Shown here: piece by piece, positions 29,626 through 40,680 of the stretch | How the letters are laid out: each line of letters starts with the position of its first letter | Numbering within the stretch: position 1 is the first letter of the stretch | NCBI GenBank assembly: GCA_008080735.1 | Contig: SHMW01000011.1 | Location: forward strand, 23,085-87,084 | Source: Promethearchaeota archaeon | GTDB lineage: Archaea; Asgardarchaeota; Lokiarchaeia; Sigyniarchaeales; SOKP01 | Length of the DNA: 64,000 bases | Direction of reading: 5' to 3' | Program-made: the position numbers and the translations under genes | The notes under the pieces: model-generated | What the model saw: the letters and a program-made list of their open reading frames with translations, nothing else | Database searches by the model: none | What the model was told of the DNA's origin: nothing

Positions 29626-30555
29626 ATGAGTTCTCAAGAACAGAATGAATTATCCGAAGAAAAAATCAAACAGATGATCAAAAATAAACAAAAAAAGTTA
29701 CAAGAATTAGAGAAAGGATCTGAATATATAAAGGAATTAAGCGATATTGCCTTACTTCAATTAGAATTGGAGCAATATGAAAAGTCTGAACAAAATTTAT
29801 TAACTTGCTTCGAACACTTCCAAAAACAAAAAGATAGACTCGGACAAGCATCAGTATTAGGTATTTTAGGAACGTTATATTATAAGAGCGCTAATTATAA
29901 GAAATCTATCGAAACTTATGAGAAGGCTTTAAAGATTTATAGAGATTTAAGCCAAATTCAAGAACGAATTATGTGTTTGAAAGGAATTGGGAATGCATAT
30001 ATTAAACTAAATAAGTTGGATAACGCTTCTGATACATTTTTTAAATGTGCGGATATTTCTTCTAAAAATAAAGCTATGTATGATTTTTTAGATTGTTTAG
30101 GAAATCTGATCTTTATTTTTGAAAAAAAAGAAGAATGGGAGGTAATATTTGAATTATATAATAAATCTCTAAAAGCCTTTCAGAAAATTAAAGACAAAAA
30201 GGGGATTATTACCTCCTATTTTAATTTGGGAATAATAAAAAAGAATAAAGAGCAAAAATATTCTGAAGCATTATCTTATTTTAAAAGAGGCACCAATTTG
30301 GCAATTGATGGAAACTATTCTGAATTAATATTGAAAGGTCTCTCATATATAGGAGAGTCGTTTTATTATCTGGGCAAAATTAAAGAAGCCAAGGAGCAGT
30401 TTATCAGGGGATTGCATTTAGCCGAAAAAATAAATGCGGGGAACGCTATCCAACAATTTAAAATTCTTTTAAATTCATTTGGACTGAATGAGCAAGAAAT
30501 TCAAAAGGAGCTAGAAAGTTTTAGAAGCAAGAGAGCAAATAAAACAAAATCCTAG
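29626..30555 (+). CDS. tetratricopeptide repeat protein
   Basis: Repeated LG..Y...Y..A helical units. Confidence 0.85.
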   Translation: MSSQEQNELSEEKIKQMIKNKQKKLQELEKGSEYIKELSDIALLQLELEQYEKSEQNLLTCFEHFQKQKDRLGQASVLGILGTLYYKSANYKKSIETYEKALKIYRDLSQIQERIMCLKGIGNAYIKLNKLDNASDTFFKCADISSKNKAMYDFLDCLGNLIFIFEKKEEWEVIFELYNKSLKAFQKIKDKKGIITSYFNLGIIKKNKEQKYSEALSYFKRGTNLAIDGNYSELILKGLSYIGESFYYLGKIKEAKEQFIRGLHLAEKINAGNAIQQFKILLNSFGLNEQEIQKELESFRSKRANKTKS

Positions 30556-30642
30556 CTATCAGAGACTTTTAATTATACACGTATATTTTTAAATAGGTAA
30601 AGTTCTATCTTATTTTTAAGAACGTTCTGCGGAAGATATAAA

Positions 30643-32070
30643 ATGAAATTATGTCCATATTGCGATAAACCAATTGAATCTCAATGGCGCTTTTGCCATC
30701 ATTGTAATAAACCTCTCATTTCAGACTTGGAACACCGCCGCTCTAATAACAGACCAGATAGTGCTTATTTTACTGAGTATACTTCTTATGAGGGATATGA
30801 CTATGAATCAGAGGAACATTTTGATGTAAATGTTCTTGAAGATAAAAATATTGATGAAAAAATTAGTCAGGTTGATCAAAAAATTAACCAATCATCATAC
30901 GGAGATAATATCGGTGATTTATATCTGGAAAAAGCGGGTTTATACTACAAAAAAAGAGATTTATCAAAATCACTAAAAGAATTGGAACTTGCTTTAGAAA
31001 CTTTCGACCACGAAAATGATCAAGAAAAAATTGCCATTACTCACAACGAAATCGGTCTTTTAAAAGAGGAGATGGGATATTTTGATAATTCAATTTACCA
31101 TTTCGATATTGCTATAAATATATTGAAAAATATAGAAGACAATATTAAATTGATCCAGGTGTATAATAATATCGGAAATGCATATTATCAGTTAAAAGAT
31201 ATCGAAAACTCATATAGTTTTTATCAAAAAGCTATAAAATTGGCTGAAGAAGAGAATATGAGATATGAGGAAATAAAATCATCGAGTAACATTGTAGAAG
31301 TTTTATTTGTTTTACAAGATTTTGAACGTATCAAAAAAATCCTAAAAAAAAATTATGAATTTTTCAGTCAGCATAATGATATCTTTGGCTTAATTAACAC
31401 CTATTCTAAATACGGAAAATTGAATTTTTATTTGGGAGAGAGTTACTATGAAAAAGCGTATGAGTATTTGAATAAGGCATTGAATTTGGTCAAAAAGGTT
31501 GAATCTCAAATATCTGTTTACTCAAAATCTCGTATGCAATGGGAAATCTTTCTTTTTATGGGAAAGATTGATATCTTATGGAATCGTTTACAAAAGGCAG
31601 AAAATTATCTTTTGAAAAGTTTAGAATCAATACGAACATTTGAAATTGAAGAAGATAACATCAAAGAAAGCATTATATTAGAAGCTCTCGGTAATCTTTA
31701 TGAAATGCAGAATGAGCATAGTAAAGCTATAGAATATTACAATTTATCAAGTGATATTTATTATAAGTTTGGGGAGGATTTTAAAACCGCAGAATTAAAA
31801 AGAAAAATTGCTCGGATTTATCAAAACTCCCTCCATAACAATATGGAAGCCATTGATTTCTATGAAAATGCATTAGAGGTCTTTGAAAAATTAGAATATT
31901 TCAAAGAAATGGCACAAATCTATGATTCCTTAGGTGATCTTTATATTGATAGAGGCTTAACTGAAATTGCTCTCAACAATTTTGAACAAGCTAAATTTTA
32001 TTATCAAGAAATTAAAGACAATTATCACACTGAATTGGTTGATGGGAAAATAAAGTCATTAATTCAATGA
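30643..32070 (+). CDS. zinc-ribbon plus TPR protein
   Basis: N-terminal CPYC..FCHHC followed by multiple TPR units. Confidence 0.85.
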   Translation: MKLCPYCDKPIESQWRFCHHCNKPLISDLEHRRSNNRPDSAYFTEYTSYEGYDYESEEHFDVNVLEDKNIDEKISQVDQKINQSSYGDNIGDLYLEKAGLYYKKRDLSKSLKELELALETFDHENDQEKIAITHNEIGLLKEEMGYFDNSIYHFDIAINILKNIEDNIKLIQVYNNIGNAYYQLKDIENSYSFYQKAIKLAEEENMRYEEIKSSSNIVEVLFVLQDFERIKKILKKNYEFFSQHNDIFGLINTYSKYGKLNFYLGESYYEKAYEYLNKALNLVKKVESQISVYSKSRMQWEIFLFMGKIDILWNRLQKAENYLLKSLESIRTFEIEEDNIKESIILEALGNLYEMQNEHSKAIEYYNLSSDIYYKFGEDFKTAELKRKIARIYQNSLHNNMEAIDFYENALEVFEKLEYFKEMAQIYDSLGDLYIDRGLTEIALNNFEQAKFYYQEIKDNYHTELVDGKIKSLIQ

Positions 32071-32099
32071 GAAATAGTTACTATCTTATCAAAACGGAT

Positions 32100-32741
32100 T
32101 CAATCCAAGAGAAAATCGTCTTTTGTATAAGTCTTTTTACCGTATTCCTCGAAGCCAAGAGACTTAATAAATCCATAGGATACCTCATTATCCTTGTAAA
32201 CTTCGCAGCGCAATTCATTGACATCTTCTTCCTTGAAATAATTCCAGGCTGCTATACCTAATATAGTACCTAATCCTTTCCTTTGGTATCGTGGCAGCAC
32301 GCCCAGACCCGCGATCACGCCGATCTCGTTATTGTGACCTTCTCTGTCTAATATTATGAAACCTCCATCACTTCCATACACTTTCGCAATGAGAATTTCG
32401 GTTTCCGGATATTCATGAATTTTCTTCAGCGACTCCAACTCTATGGGGCGAAATGGCTCGTTCGCGGTCATCCAAGCCCGATTATGAATCTGCATAATTG
32501 TTTCTAAATCTTCCTCCTTCGCTTTCCGTATTTTAGCGTTCAAGAAATTTTTTTCCACTCGCTTTTTAATCTCTTCTTCAAATTCTTCTGTTATTTTCTC
32601 CACGGGTAGTTTCATCTGAATATAAGTTAGCCCCTCTTTCTCAGCTTTCTCTTGCAAATTTTCTTCTGTACACGCAGCATCAAAACTCAGAAAGAAATTT
32701 CTGATCCGTTTTTGCTTTAGATTATCTCTTAATTCTGGCAT
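32100..32741 (-). CDS. GNAT family N-acetyltransferase
   Basis: GVLPRYQRKGLG motif A and N..S..F...LGF motif. Confidence 0.88.
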   Translation of the reverse strand: MPELRDNLKQKRIRNFFLSFDAACTEENLQEKAEKEGLTYIQMKLPVEKITEEFEEEIKKRVEKNFLNAKIRKAKEEDLETIMQIHNRAWMTANEPFRPIELESLKKIHEYPETEILIAKVYGSDGGFIILDREGHNNEIGVIAGLGVLPRYQRKGLGTILGIAAWNYFKEEDVNELRCEVYKDNEVSYGFIKSLGFEEYGKKTYTKDDFLLD

Positions 32742-32811
32742 TTTAGAAATCCACTCTTATAGTGCTAAAAAATGAATACTCCCATAAAAAATTAGGTTAA
32801 TAATGCTAAAC

Positions 32812-33483
32812 TTAGTCCTCAAAATCTTCTTTTCGATATCTCTTCACACCGAATTCTTCGAATCCCAATCCTTTAATAAATCCATATGAGACTTCATTAT
32901 TTTTATAAACTTCTGCTCGCAACTCTTTAACATGTGGATGATTTTCCTTGATAAAGTTCCAACACGCCATTCCAACAATTGTTCCTAAACCCTTGCGCTG
33001 AAACTTTGGAATTACACCTAAACCCGCAAAAATCGCGTATTCTTTATTCGGTCCCTCGAAATCTAAAATTGCGAAGGCGGCGTCTCTGCCATATATTTTT
33101 CCAATTAAAAAAATAGTATCGGGATCCTTAAATATCTTATCCAGCGTATCAACATCTATTGGTCTGAAGGGAGTATTGCTGGTCAACCAAGCTTGGTTAT
33201 AAATATCCTTAATTATGTCCAAATCTTTCTCTTCAGCTTCACGAATATTAGCGCGTATGATTTTATTCTCAATTTTATTTCTTAAGTTATTTTCAAATTC
33301 ATCTGTGATTCTCTCGACAGGTAGCTTTAGTTGAATGTATTCCATTCCCTCTTTTTCAACTTTTTGTAATTCCTCAGAAATTTCACCTTTTTCTTTCTTT
33401 TCTGTTTCCAGAGTATGAAAGAATGCGCGTATCCTATTTTTTTTAAGTTCTATTTTTGATACGGGTGTCATATCCAAATCCAT
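32812..33483 (-). CDS. GNAT family N-acetyltransferase (tandem paralogue)
   Basis: GVIPKFQRKGLG motif; colinear with 32100-32741 over its full length. Confidence 0.88.
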   Translation of the reverse strand: MDLDMTPVSKIELKKNRIRAFFHTLETEKKEKGEISEELQKVEKEGMEYIQLKLPVERITDEFENNLRNKIENKIIRANIREAEEKDLDIIKDIYNQAWLTSNTPFRPIDVDTLDKIFKDPDTIFLIGKIYGRDAAFAILDFEGPNKEYAIFAGLGVIPKFQRKGLGTIVGMACWNFIKENHPHVKELRAEVYKNNEVSYGFIKGLGFEEFGVKRYRKEDFED

Positions 33484-33490
33484 GTATTTT

Positions 33491-35140
33491 TTATTTTATA
33501 TATTTATTGATATCTGCGCGAATTGCTTGATCAATATTCTCGTCAATAATATTTTTATTTCTGAGCATTGCCAAGCCTTTTTGCAATTGCTTTTCTATTG
33601 TGGGGTCATTGAGCAGATTTTTATTTTCACTTGCAAATTCAAAATTGGATCGAATTCTCATATCATCCTCAATCTTTTCATTGATGAAATCCCTTAAACC
33701 CACTAACGCCTCAGATGCCTCTTTATATAAACCCGAAGAATCTTTTGAATTAACTAAAACATAACCTGGAAAGACGATTTTCATATATTCTTCCATCATA
33801 TCCTCATCTTCAATAAACATCGCATAAAAAGGCATATAAATCCATTGAATCGGTTTAGCAAATAATTCTTTCTCATTATCTTCTAATGACCACTTTTTAA
33901 GATCTTCTGCCTCTTTAAGACAATCTTGTTTTTTTTGAAAAATTATTTTTTTAATTTGGTTGAACAAATCCTCAATTTTTTGCTTTTTCTGGGAAATTTC
34001 TTGGATTTTTTGCTCTTTTTCTGATTCGAATTTTGAAATTTTCTGGTCTCGAGTTAATAATTTCTCATCTAAATTCTCCTTGATATCTTTTAGTTTATTT
34101 TGTGCCTCCAAATCGATTTTTGAAGCTTGTTGTTTGATTTCATCGAAATTTTGTTTTATTTCGGAAATATCAGATTTTAAATGAGAGATATTCTCATCTA
34201 AAAAGGAAAATTGAGCTTCAATGCTCGGAATTAAATTTTCAAAGGATTTCCTCTTCAGAACATCTGCATTACTGTAGAATCTATTTTTTTTTAGTATCTC
34301 TTCAAAATGTTGATCTAATGTTGTGAATTTTGTAGCCAAATTGTCGATTAAGCGCTTTTTCTCATTCAATTTCCATTGTTCTATCTTATCCTCTTCTAAT
34401 TCCAGCTTTTCCTTTACTTGTTCACCATCAATTGCTTGTGATGTTTTTTTTATTTGAGATTTATAGCGTGATTCCACATCTTTAAGCTCAACATTTAGGT
34501 CAATTAACCATTTATCAACCTTCTCTCCTATCAATCCGACTTGACTTTTCCATCTTTGTGCATTACCTTTAAGAGTATCTATTATTCCTCGATATTTCTC
34601 AGAGAGATCTAAGGCTTGTTCAGTTGTTAATGAAGTATCTAATGGCATATATCCCTCTATAGGCGCGTATTGCAGCTGAGATATAAGCATATCGAGGGTG
34701 GACAAGAATTCTGGATTTACAAGTGATTGAATTTCAAAAGCTTGATATTCTGATTCCTCATCTTTACTTAATTCCTCTGCCTCTTGATCTTTATAACTCA
34801 ACACATCGATAATTCGTTCCAGTTGTTCTATATGCGATCGATTATCAATATTTCTTAAAATATGACCTATTAAAGGTTGCCGTGGAGGATTGGTAAACTT
34901 TCCTTTTTTAGAAAAAATCTTTACTCCATCGAGGATAATATGAGTAGAAATCACTCCAGGAATGGATAATAAGGGCCATAATAACCTAGAAAAAGAAAGT
35001 ATTTTATGATTACTCTCTAAATCTTTCGCTAGTAAATGAAATGCGAACGTTAATTCATCATCATCTTGCAGAAAGGGGATTTGAGTTCCTTCCTTCATAA
35101 ATAAGGGTAATATGTATTGATTTCCGTGAATAGTTGACAT
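33491..35140 (-). CDS. hypothetical protein with a long central coiled coil
   Basis: 549-aa ORF; K/E/Q-rich heptad region of about 240 aa between two globular-looking ends. Confidence 0.75.
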   Translation of the reverse strand: MSTIHGNQYILPLFMKEGTQIPFLQDDDELTFAFHLLAKDLESNHKILSFSRLLWPLLSIPGVISTHIILDGVKIFSKKGKFTNPPRQPLIGHILRNIDNRSHIEQLERIIDVLSYKDQEAEELSKDEESEYQAFEIQSLVNPEFLSTLDMLISQLQYAPIEGYMPLDTSLTTEQALDLSEKYRGIIDTLKGNAQRWKSQVGLIGEKVDKWLIDLNVELKDVESRYKSQIKKTSQAIDGEQVKEKLELEEDKIEQWKLNEKKRLIDNLATKFTTLDQHFEEILKKNRFYSNADVLKRKSFENLIPSIEAQFSFLDENISHLKSDISEIKQNFDEIKQQASKIDLEAQNKLKDIKENLDEKLLTRDQKISKFESEKEQKIQEISQKKQKIEDLFNQIKKIIFQKKQDCLKEAEDLKKWSLEDNEKELFAKPIQWIYMPFYAMFIEDEDMMEEYMKIVFPGYVLVNSKDSSGLYKEASEALVGLRDFINEKIEDDMRIRSNFEFASENKNLLNDPTIEKQLQKGLAMLRNKNIIDENIDQAIRADINKYIK

Positions 35141-35257
35141 TTTTACATTTTCTCCCTACTAGTTATTTCAATATTTTTTATATAGGAATTTACCATTAAA
35201 ACTCTTTCTATCAATGGAATTTAAAAATAAAAAATAGAATGAATCATATGGAATTTT

Positions 35258-36121
35258 TTATTTCAACGCTTCAAAGCTATTTCCGATAACAATCAATATT
35301 AATGAAAGAAGTATTAATAAGGGTGGGACGAATGATTGGACGTTTGGCCAATTAAGCGCTTCGAATAGGCCTCGAGCTATTCTTCCTATATAATAAATTA
35401 AAAAACCAATTCCATTCAATACATAGGATCTCCTGAGAACACCGAAGGTTTTCCAGCCCAAATAGAGAAATATAAACGGAATTATTGCGATGAATAGAGG
35501 TTGAAAAATAAAATTGAACATAAAACGACCTACGGGATACTCGAATCCAAAAAGATTAATAACCTCGTTAGGAACTCCATATTTAACAGAAACAGATTCT
35601 TCGATTAATAACGCATCTGGTAAGGTAAGAGCTAAAATACTGATAATTATAGGAAATAGCATTAATAATGCTCTCAACAGATACTTTACATATCTCTTAT
35701 TTGCATATATGAAATCCATTATCTTATTATCGGTCTTTTTTATCGGTTCTTTTTCAAATTGTGTGTCTGGGGGGAATAATAAAATCCCAAGCATTCCCAT
35801 TAAACATGTTGTTGCCATCCAAGTTGAGAATGTTGCCGCACGGTAGGTAAGCATCAAGAGACTAACAACTAAGATATCATCACCTAATTCCTCAATGTAA
35901 AAATCATGGATAATAAAAAAAACTCGCGATATCGCTAATGCAATAAATAATAATGAAAAGAAGAACCAATAGGGTTTTTTGGATAATCTGAATCTCATTA
36001 TCAGGAAATACGAAAAGATCAAGAAATAATAACCCACAATAACCATATAGAGACCTAACTCTATCGAATTATAAAATGTAAAATTTTCTAACAGATCATC
36101 TTGAAATAGGGTAAGTATCAT
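35258..36121 (-). CDS. hypothetical ~7-TM membrane protein
   Basis: About seven hydrophobic helices. Confidence 0.75.
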   Translation of the reverse strand: MILTLFQDDLLENFTFYNSIELGLYMVIVGYYFLIFSYFLIMRFRLSKKPYWFFFSLLFIALAISRVFFIIHDFYIEELGDDILVVSLLMLTYRAATFSTWMATTCLMGMLGILLFPPDTQFEKEPIKKTDNKIMDFIYANKRYVKYLLRALLMLFPIIISILALTLPDALLIEESVSVKYGVPNEVINLFGFEYPVGRFMFNFIFQPLFIAIIPFIFLYLGWKTFGVLRRSYVLNGIGFLIYYIGRIARGLFEALNWPNVQSFVPPLLILLSLILIVIGNSFEALK

Positions 36122-36364
36122 ACCAATTCAACCTTTCCTTTAACATTTAAACAAATTTTAATTATCTTATCTAATTAACATTATTTATATATTTTTATTT
36201 CATTTCCCTATTATTTAATTTTATTGTTTTTATCTGTGAAAAATAGGAACTTCTCCACTTTCTAAAAATTCTAAAAGTTTGCTATGTTCTAAATAATATA
36301 GTTCAGCTATTAATGTCTCTATGAAAGTTTTAACTAAAATTAGTATTTTAAAAAAGGATTTATA

Positions 36365-37867
36365 ATGAAGATTAAAGATAATATCGAAACTTTTAATAGT
36401 TTAATCAAACGTCGAGGATTTATTTGGGGCCCTTCTCCTGAGATTTATGGAGGATTAGCTGGGTTTTATTCTATGGGTCCCGCGGGGATGGCCGTTAAGA
36501 ATAATGTCCTTTCGATTTTCAGAAAAGAGCTAAGATCTTATGGATTTGAGGAGGTAGAATGCCCCACAATAATGCCAGAAGTTGTTTGGGAAGCGTCAGG
36601 TCATTTGGAACGTTTTATTGACCCAGTTTTAAAATGTAAGAGATGCAGTTCTGTTTATAGAGCAGATAAATTTTTAAAAGATGAGTTACCTGACTTAATG
36701 ATAGACGGGCTCTCATTTGCGGAGATGGAAGCTTTATTAGAAAAAAATGAAATAAAATGTCCAGATTGTGAGACTAGGTTCGAAAAAATCGAAGAATATA
36801 ATTTAATGCTCAAAACAAAAGTTGGAGTTGATAATATTGCATATTTACGACCCGAAACTGCCACAACAACATATCTTCTTTTTAACCGATTAGATCAAGT
36901 AATGAGACGCCGATATCCTATAAAAGTATTTCAATATGGGAAAGCCTATCGGAACGAAATCTCTCCCCGACAAGGGGTCTTGAGAATGAGGTCCTTTGAT
37001 CAATTTGAACTTCAACTATTCATCAGCAAAGAACAAGAATTTAATTTTGAAGAATTTGAAGAAGTTAAAGAGAATGAATTGCCTCTATTAGATTGGGAGC
37101 TTCAGGAACAAAATATCGATAAACCAAATAATAGAAGTTTAGAAGATGCGATTGAAAAAGGAATGTTAAAAAAACCTGCGTACGCGTATTGCCTTTTTCT
37201 TGCCCATTATCTTACGAAAAAGTTAGGATACCCCGATGAGGTAATTAGATATAGACAACACAGTCCCAATGAGCGAGCGCATTATGCGGATGATGCATGG
37301 GACTTAGAAATTTACACAGAACAATATGGGTGGGTGGAAATCTGTGGTATCCATGATAGGACAGATTATGATTTAAAACGTCACGGAGCGTTTTCAAATC
37401 AGAATTTTGAAGTGGCTATGGGTTCAGATCCAAAAGAAAAAGAGGTACCCCAAATTTTGGAGGTAGCATTTGGAGTTGACAGAATTATTTACACATTACT
37501 TGAAACCAATTTTACTGTTGAAGAAGAGAGAATTAATTTGAAGTTGAAGAATTATCTCGCTCCAAACGTGGTAGCAGTATTCCCTTTAGTAAAAAATAAA
37601 GAAAATATTCGTAATTTAGCATTAAAAATTCACAATGATCTCCAAGATCATCTAATAAGCTCTTTTTATGATGAATCTGGATCGATCGGTAAGCGTTACA
37701 GGAGACAAGACGAATTAGGAACACCCTACTGTATCACAATTGATTATGACTCTTTAGACGATAATGCGGCTACAATACGAGATAGAGATACAATGGATCA
37801 AACTCGCGTTAAGATTCCAAAAATACCTGAAGTAATCAGAGAGAAATTGCTCAAAAGTAAACTATAA
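36365..37867 (+). CDS. glyS: glycine--tRNA ligase (archaeal/eukaryotic alpha2 type)
   Basis: RRGF..EIYGG, ASGH, LRPETA, RNEISPR, FGVDR and SIGKRYRRQDELGTP motifs. Confidence 0.95.
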   Translation: MKIKDNIETFNSLIKRRGFIWGPSPEIYGGLAGFYSMGPAGMAVKNNVLSIFRKELRSYGFEEVECPTIMPEVVWEASGHLERFIDPVLKCKRCSSVYRADKFLKDELPDLMIDGLSFAEMEALLEKNEIKCPDCETRFEKIEEYNLMLKTKVGVDNIAYLRPETATTTYLLFNRLDQVMRRRYPIKVFQYGKAYRNEISPRQGVLRMRSFDQFELQLFISKEQEFNFEEFEEVKENELPLLDWELQEQNIDKPNNRSLEDAIEKGMLKKPAYAYCLFLAHYLTKKLGYPDEVIRYRQHSPNERAHYADDAWDLEIYTEQYGWVEICGIHDRTDYDLKRHGAFSNQNFEVAMGSDPKEKEVPQILEVAFGVDRIIYTLLETNFTVEEERINLKLKNYLAPNVVAVFPLVKNKENIRNLALKIHNDLQDHLISSFYDESGSIGKRYRRQDELGTPYCITIDYDSLDDNAATIRDRDTMDQTRVKIPKIPEVIREKLLKSKL

Positions 37868-37999
37868 TTTTTTTCAAAAAATATACTCTATATATTTTCC
37901 TATCCTCTGTGTCTAGCAGAAAAAATTTTAATAATGCGCATTTTTTAGAAACATAATATCTTTTATTAAATTCATATCAAAACTAAAGTATTTTTATCG

Positions 38000-40678
38000 A
38001 TGAGACTCAAAAACGGTCGATATCTGTCAAGAACTAATATACGACGAAGAAAATTGTATATATTATCAATTTTATTGAGTTCGATCATTATTTTTAACTT
38101 CATATTATCAAGTTTTATCAATTCTTCCCCTCTCGATTCTTTTGATAAGGGAGCCCGGGACGAAAATACATATTTTGCTCCAAAAACGCAAGATGTCCCA
38201 TCTGATGTATTCGATGATCCCTATACGGAAAATTTTGATGATATTTGGAACTTTTTTGAGTTAAATTTCAAATCGGATTTTGCACCATGGATTATAGATA
38301 CATACTATAGAGAAAGCGATAGTGATGGTGGTACAATAATAGATGATCTCGTCTATTCACTTGAAAATCTATTGCTTTACAATACTTTGAAAAAATACAA
38401 TCAAAGTCTTAGTTCCAGTCAAATTTACGATGCTTATCTTGATTTAAAGTCAACTAATCTATGGTATGAAGGGGAAGGGCAATATGGTTATGGATTTATC
38501 GAATCAGTCGATACCGCAACAGGCACCAGAAATACCAAGAGGAATTTGATTGACAATCTTATGCCTATTATTCTTTTAGTTGATAATATGCCAAGTTCTC
38601 CATCAACGGAATATAAAAATCACATTATCCAGATGCTTGACTTAATTAATTCCACAGATTTTTGGAACACAACAAATGGATATTTCTTGGATTATAATTC
38701 ATCTACGGGAGATATTTATGCGCAAAGCAATTTATATGCTGTCTTAGCGACCTTAAAAGTCTCTCAAAAAACCAATTTCGATCAAGATATACGAGACCAA
38801 GCTTTTCTTTTGGCGAATGAGACGATGAATACTTTAAATGAATACTTTTGGGACACGAGCGATTATGGCTACTATAATAGTAGTGATCAGAGTCTGACTA
38901 GTTTTAACACTACAAAAGATTTAAAGACAAATGCCCTTGGTATTCTAGCCTTAATAGAAATGTGGGTAGTAACGGATAATTCTGAATTTTTAACAAATGC
39001 CACTCTCTTATTCGAGACAATTTATACTAGTAATTTAAAGAATGGCAATCTCTATCGAACATCTGTAGATAGTTGGGGCGGTAGCTGGACTTCAATTGTT
39101 GATCTTGATTATAATGCATTTATGATGATGGCTCTTCTCAAATTGTTTGATATATCTGCTAATCTTTCCTATTACAATAATGCCACTGCAATATATGAAG
39201 AATTCCAGAGTGTTTTTTACGATTCTACTAATAAGGCGTATAATAAAACAGATAGTTCTTCAAACAAAAATCTGCTTTCCAACTTAAGACTCACCGAAGC
39301 CTACCTAAAAGCATATGAGCTATATCAGAAGACATCACTTTCCAGCCTATTCAATAAGAGTGGCTCTCCTCCCGAATTCATATTTAACGAGGAAGATTTA
39401 GTTACGATTGCTAACTATACTTTTACCTCAAATGGAAATACATGTAATATTCCGAGTGCGAGCATAGGGTATCAGTTTGTATATCCAAATGGAACTTGGT
39501 TCCATGAAGAGATTCGCACGACAAACGAAAATGGGACCGACATATTTAGTTTTTCGATAAATGAATCATTACCGATTGGACAGGATTATTTTGTGTATAT
39601 CTGGGCGAATTCAACCTATTTTGCATATACAGACACCTCTATGGAATTTACGGTTTCTTCCGGCATTAATTATATTTCTGGATTGGAGGATTTAACCTAT
39701 TTATTCCAAGGAGAGCGAAGAAATATAACCATCACGTTTAATAATACCCGAGAAGAGGATGTAAATCTCACATTTTCCGTCGAAACCGAGAACGGAATAT
39801 CTTCTAATTCACCTAAACTTAAATTCCTAAACTCCTCAGAATTGAACGACCTATGGATTAACTTTTCTATTATCAGTACAGCGGAATTAGGACCTACCAA
39901 TTTTTATTTTCTGTTACAAAATGGGAGTACCTTATTTCTAAATTATACGGTAGAAGTGGAAATTAGAAATTCGCTCTATCTCTCAAGAATTGCATATGAT
40001 CAAAAGGTGGTTGAAGGAGATATCTTTTATATATCTATAAATTTGGAAAACTTTTTGGTAAATGAGACTCAATCATTTAATCTAAGTTTTGTAGGGGATT
40101 ATATTGACAATTTTAAGAAAGAATACTCTCTCTCAAAAGGAGAATTTATTACTATTTTCAAAAATCTTAACCTCTCAGAGGTGATTAATGAAAATTCTAT
40201 TACTGTACAAATGCTTATTTCTAAATCTTCCATAACTTTTTATAATCAGTCATTTACTCTTCAAGTGCTTAATAAACTAGAAGTCATACAAGCTTCATTT
40301 CCTTCCAGTGTTGCTCAATCATCTTCAGCCCAGTTTGTATTCAAAATTAGAAATAACAAACGTACCACTGAAGCTTTTTCGCTTTATATTAATAACCAAC
40401 TAATACAAACTGAGCTAAATGAGTTAGTTCCGGGTGAAAATAGAATTCAAACAGGAATTGTCCCAACTATTAACCCCTATGACTTTAGTATAAAATCATA
40501 CCAAATAGTAATAAAAGACGCGGAAGGGAATGAGCAACTAAGCTTTTATTGTGAGATTCAAGTAGTTCTATCGATTATGAATCTCATTCTATTTTATGTA
40601 GTGCCGATCATTATTCCAATTGCGATAGTATTATACTTTAAAAATAAAGAGATGAAAACCAAACTATTAAGGAGATAA
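38000..40678 (+). CDS. membrane-anchored extracellular protein (alpha/alpha-barrel-like region plus beta-sandwich domains)
   Basis: N-terminal TM/signal, repeated F(W/Y)D..GY-like motifs, many N-x-S/T sequons, C-terminal TM with basic tail. Confidence 0.75.
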   Translation: MRLKNGRYLSRTNIRRRKLYILSILLSSIIIFNFILSSFINSSPLDSFDKGARDENTYFAPKTQDVPSDVFDDPYTENFDDIWNFFELNFKSDFAPWIIDTYYRESDSDGGTIIDDLVYSLENLLLYNTLKKYNQSLSSSQIYDAYLDLKSTNLWYEGEGQYGYGFIESVDTATGTRNTKRNLIDNLMPIILLVDNMPSSPSTEYKNHIIQMLDLINSTDFWNTTNGYFLDYNSSTGDIYAQSNLYAVLATLKVSQKTNFDQDIRDQAFLLANETMNTLNEYFWDTSDYGYYNSSDQSLTSFNTTKDLKTNALGILALIEMWVVTDNSEFLTNATLLFETIYTSNLKNGNLYRTSVDSWGGSWTSIVDLDYNAFMMMALLKLFDISANLSYYNNATAIYEEFQSVFYDSTNKAYNKTDSSSNKNLLSNLRLTEAYLKAYELYQKTSLSSLFNKSGSPPEFIFNEEDLVTIANYTFTSNGNTCNIPSASIGYQFVYPNGTWFHEEIRTTNENGTDIFSFSINESLPIGQDYFVYIWANSTYFAYTDTSMEFTVSSGINYISGLEDLTYLFQGERRNITITFNNTREEDVNLTFSVETENGISSNSPKLKFLNSSELNDLWINFSIISTAELGPTNFYFLLQNGSTLFLNYTVEVEIRNSLYLSRIAYDQKVVEGDIFYISINLENFLVNETQSFNLSFVGDYIDNFKKEYSLSKGEFITIFKNLNLSEVINENSITVQMLISKSSITFYNQSFTLQVLNKLEVIQASFPSSVAQSSSAQFVFKIRNNKRTTEAFSLYINNQLIQTELNELVPGENRIQTGIVPTINPYDFSIKSYQIVIKDAEGNEQLSFYCEIQVVLSIMNLILFYVVPIIIPIAIVLYFKNKEMKTKLLRR

Positions 40679-40680
40679 AA

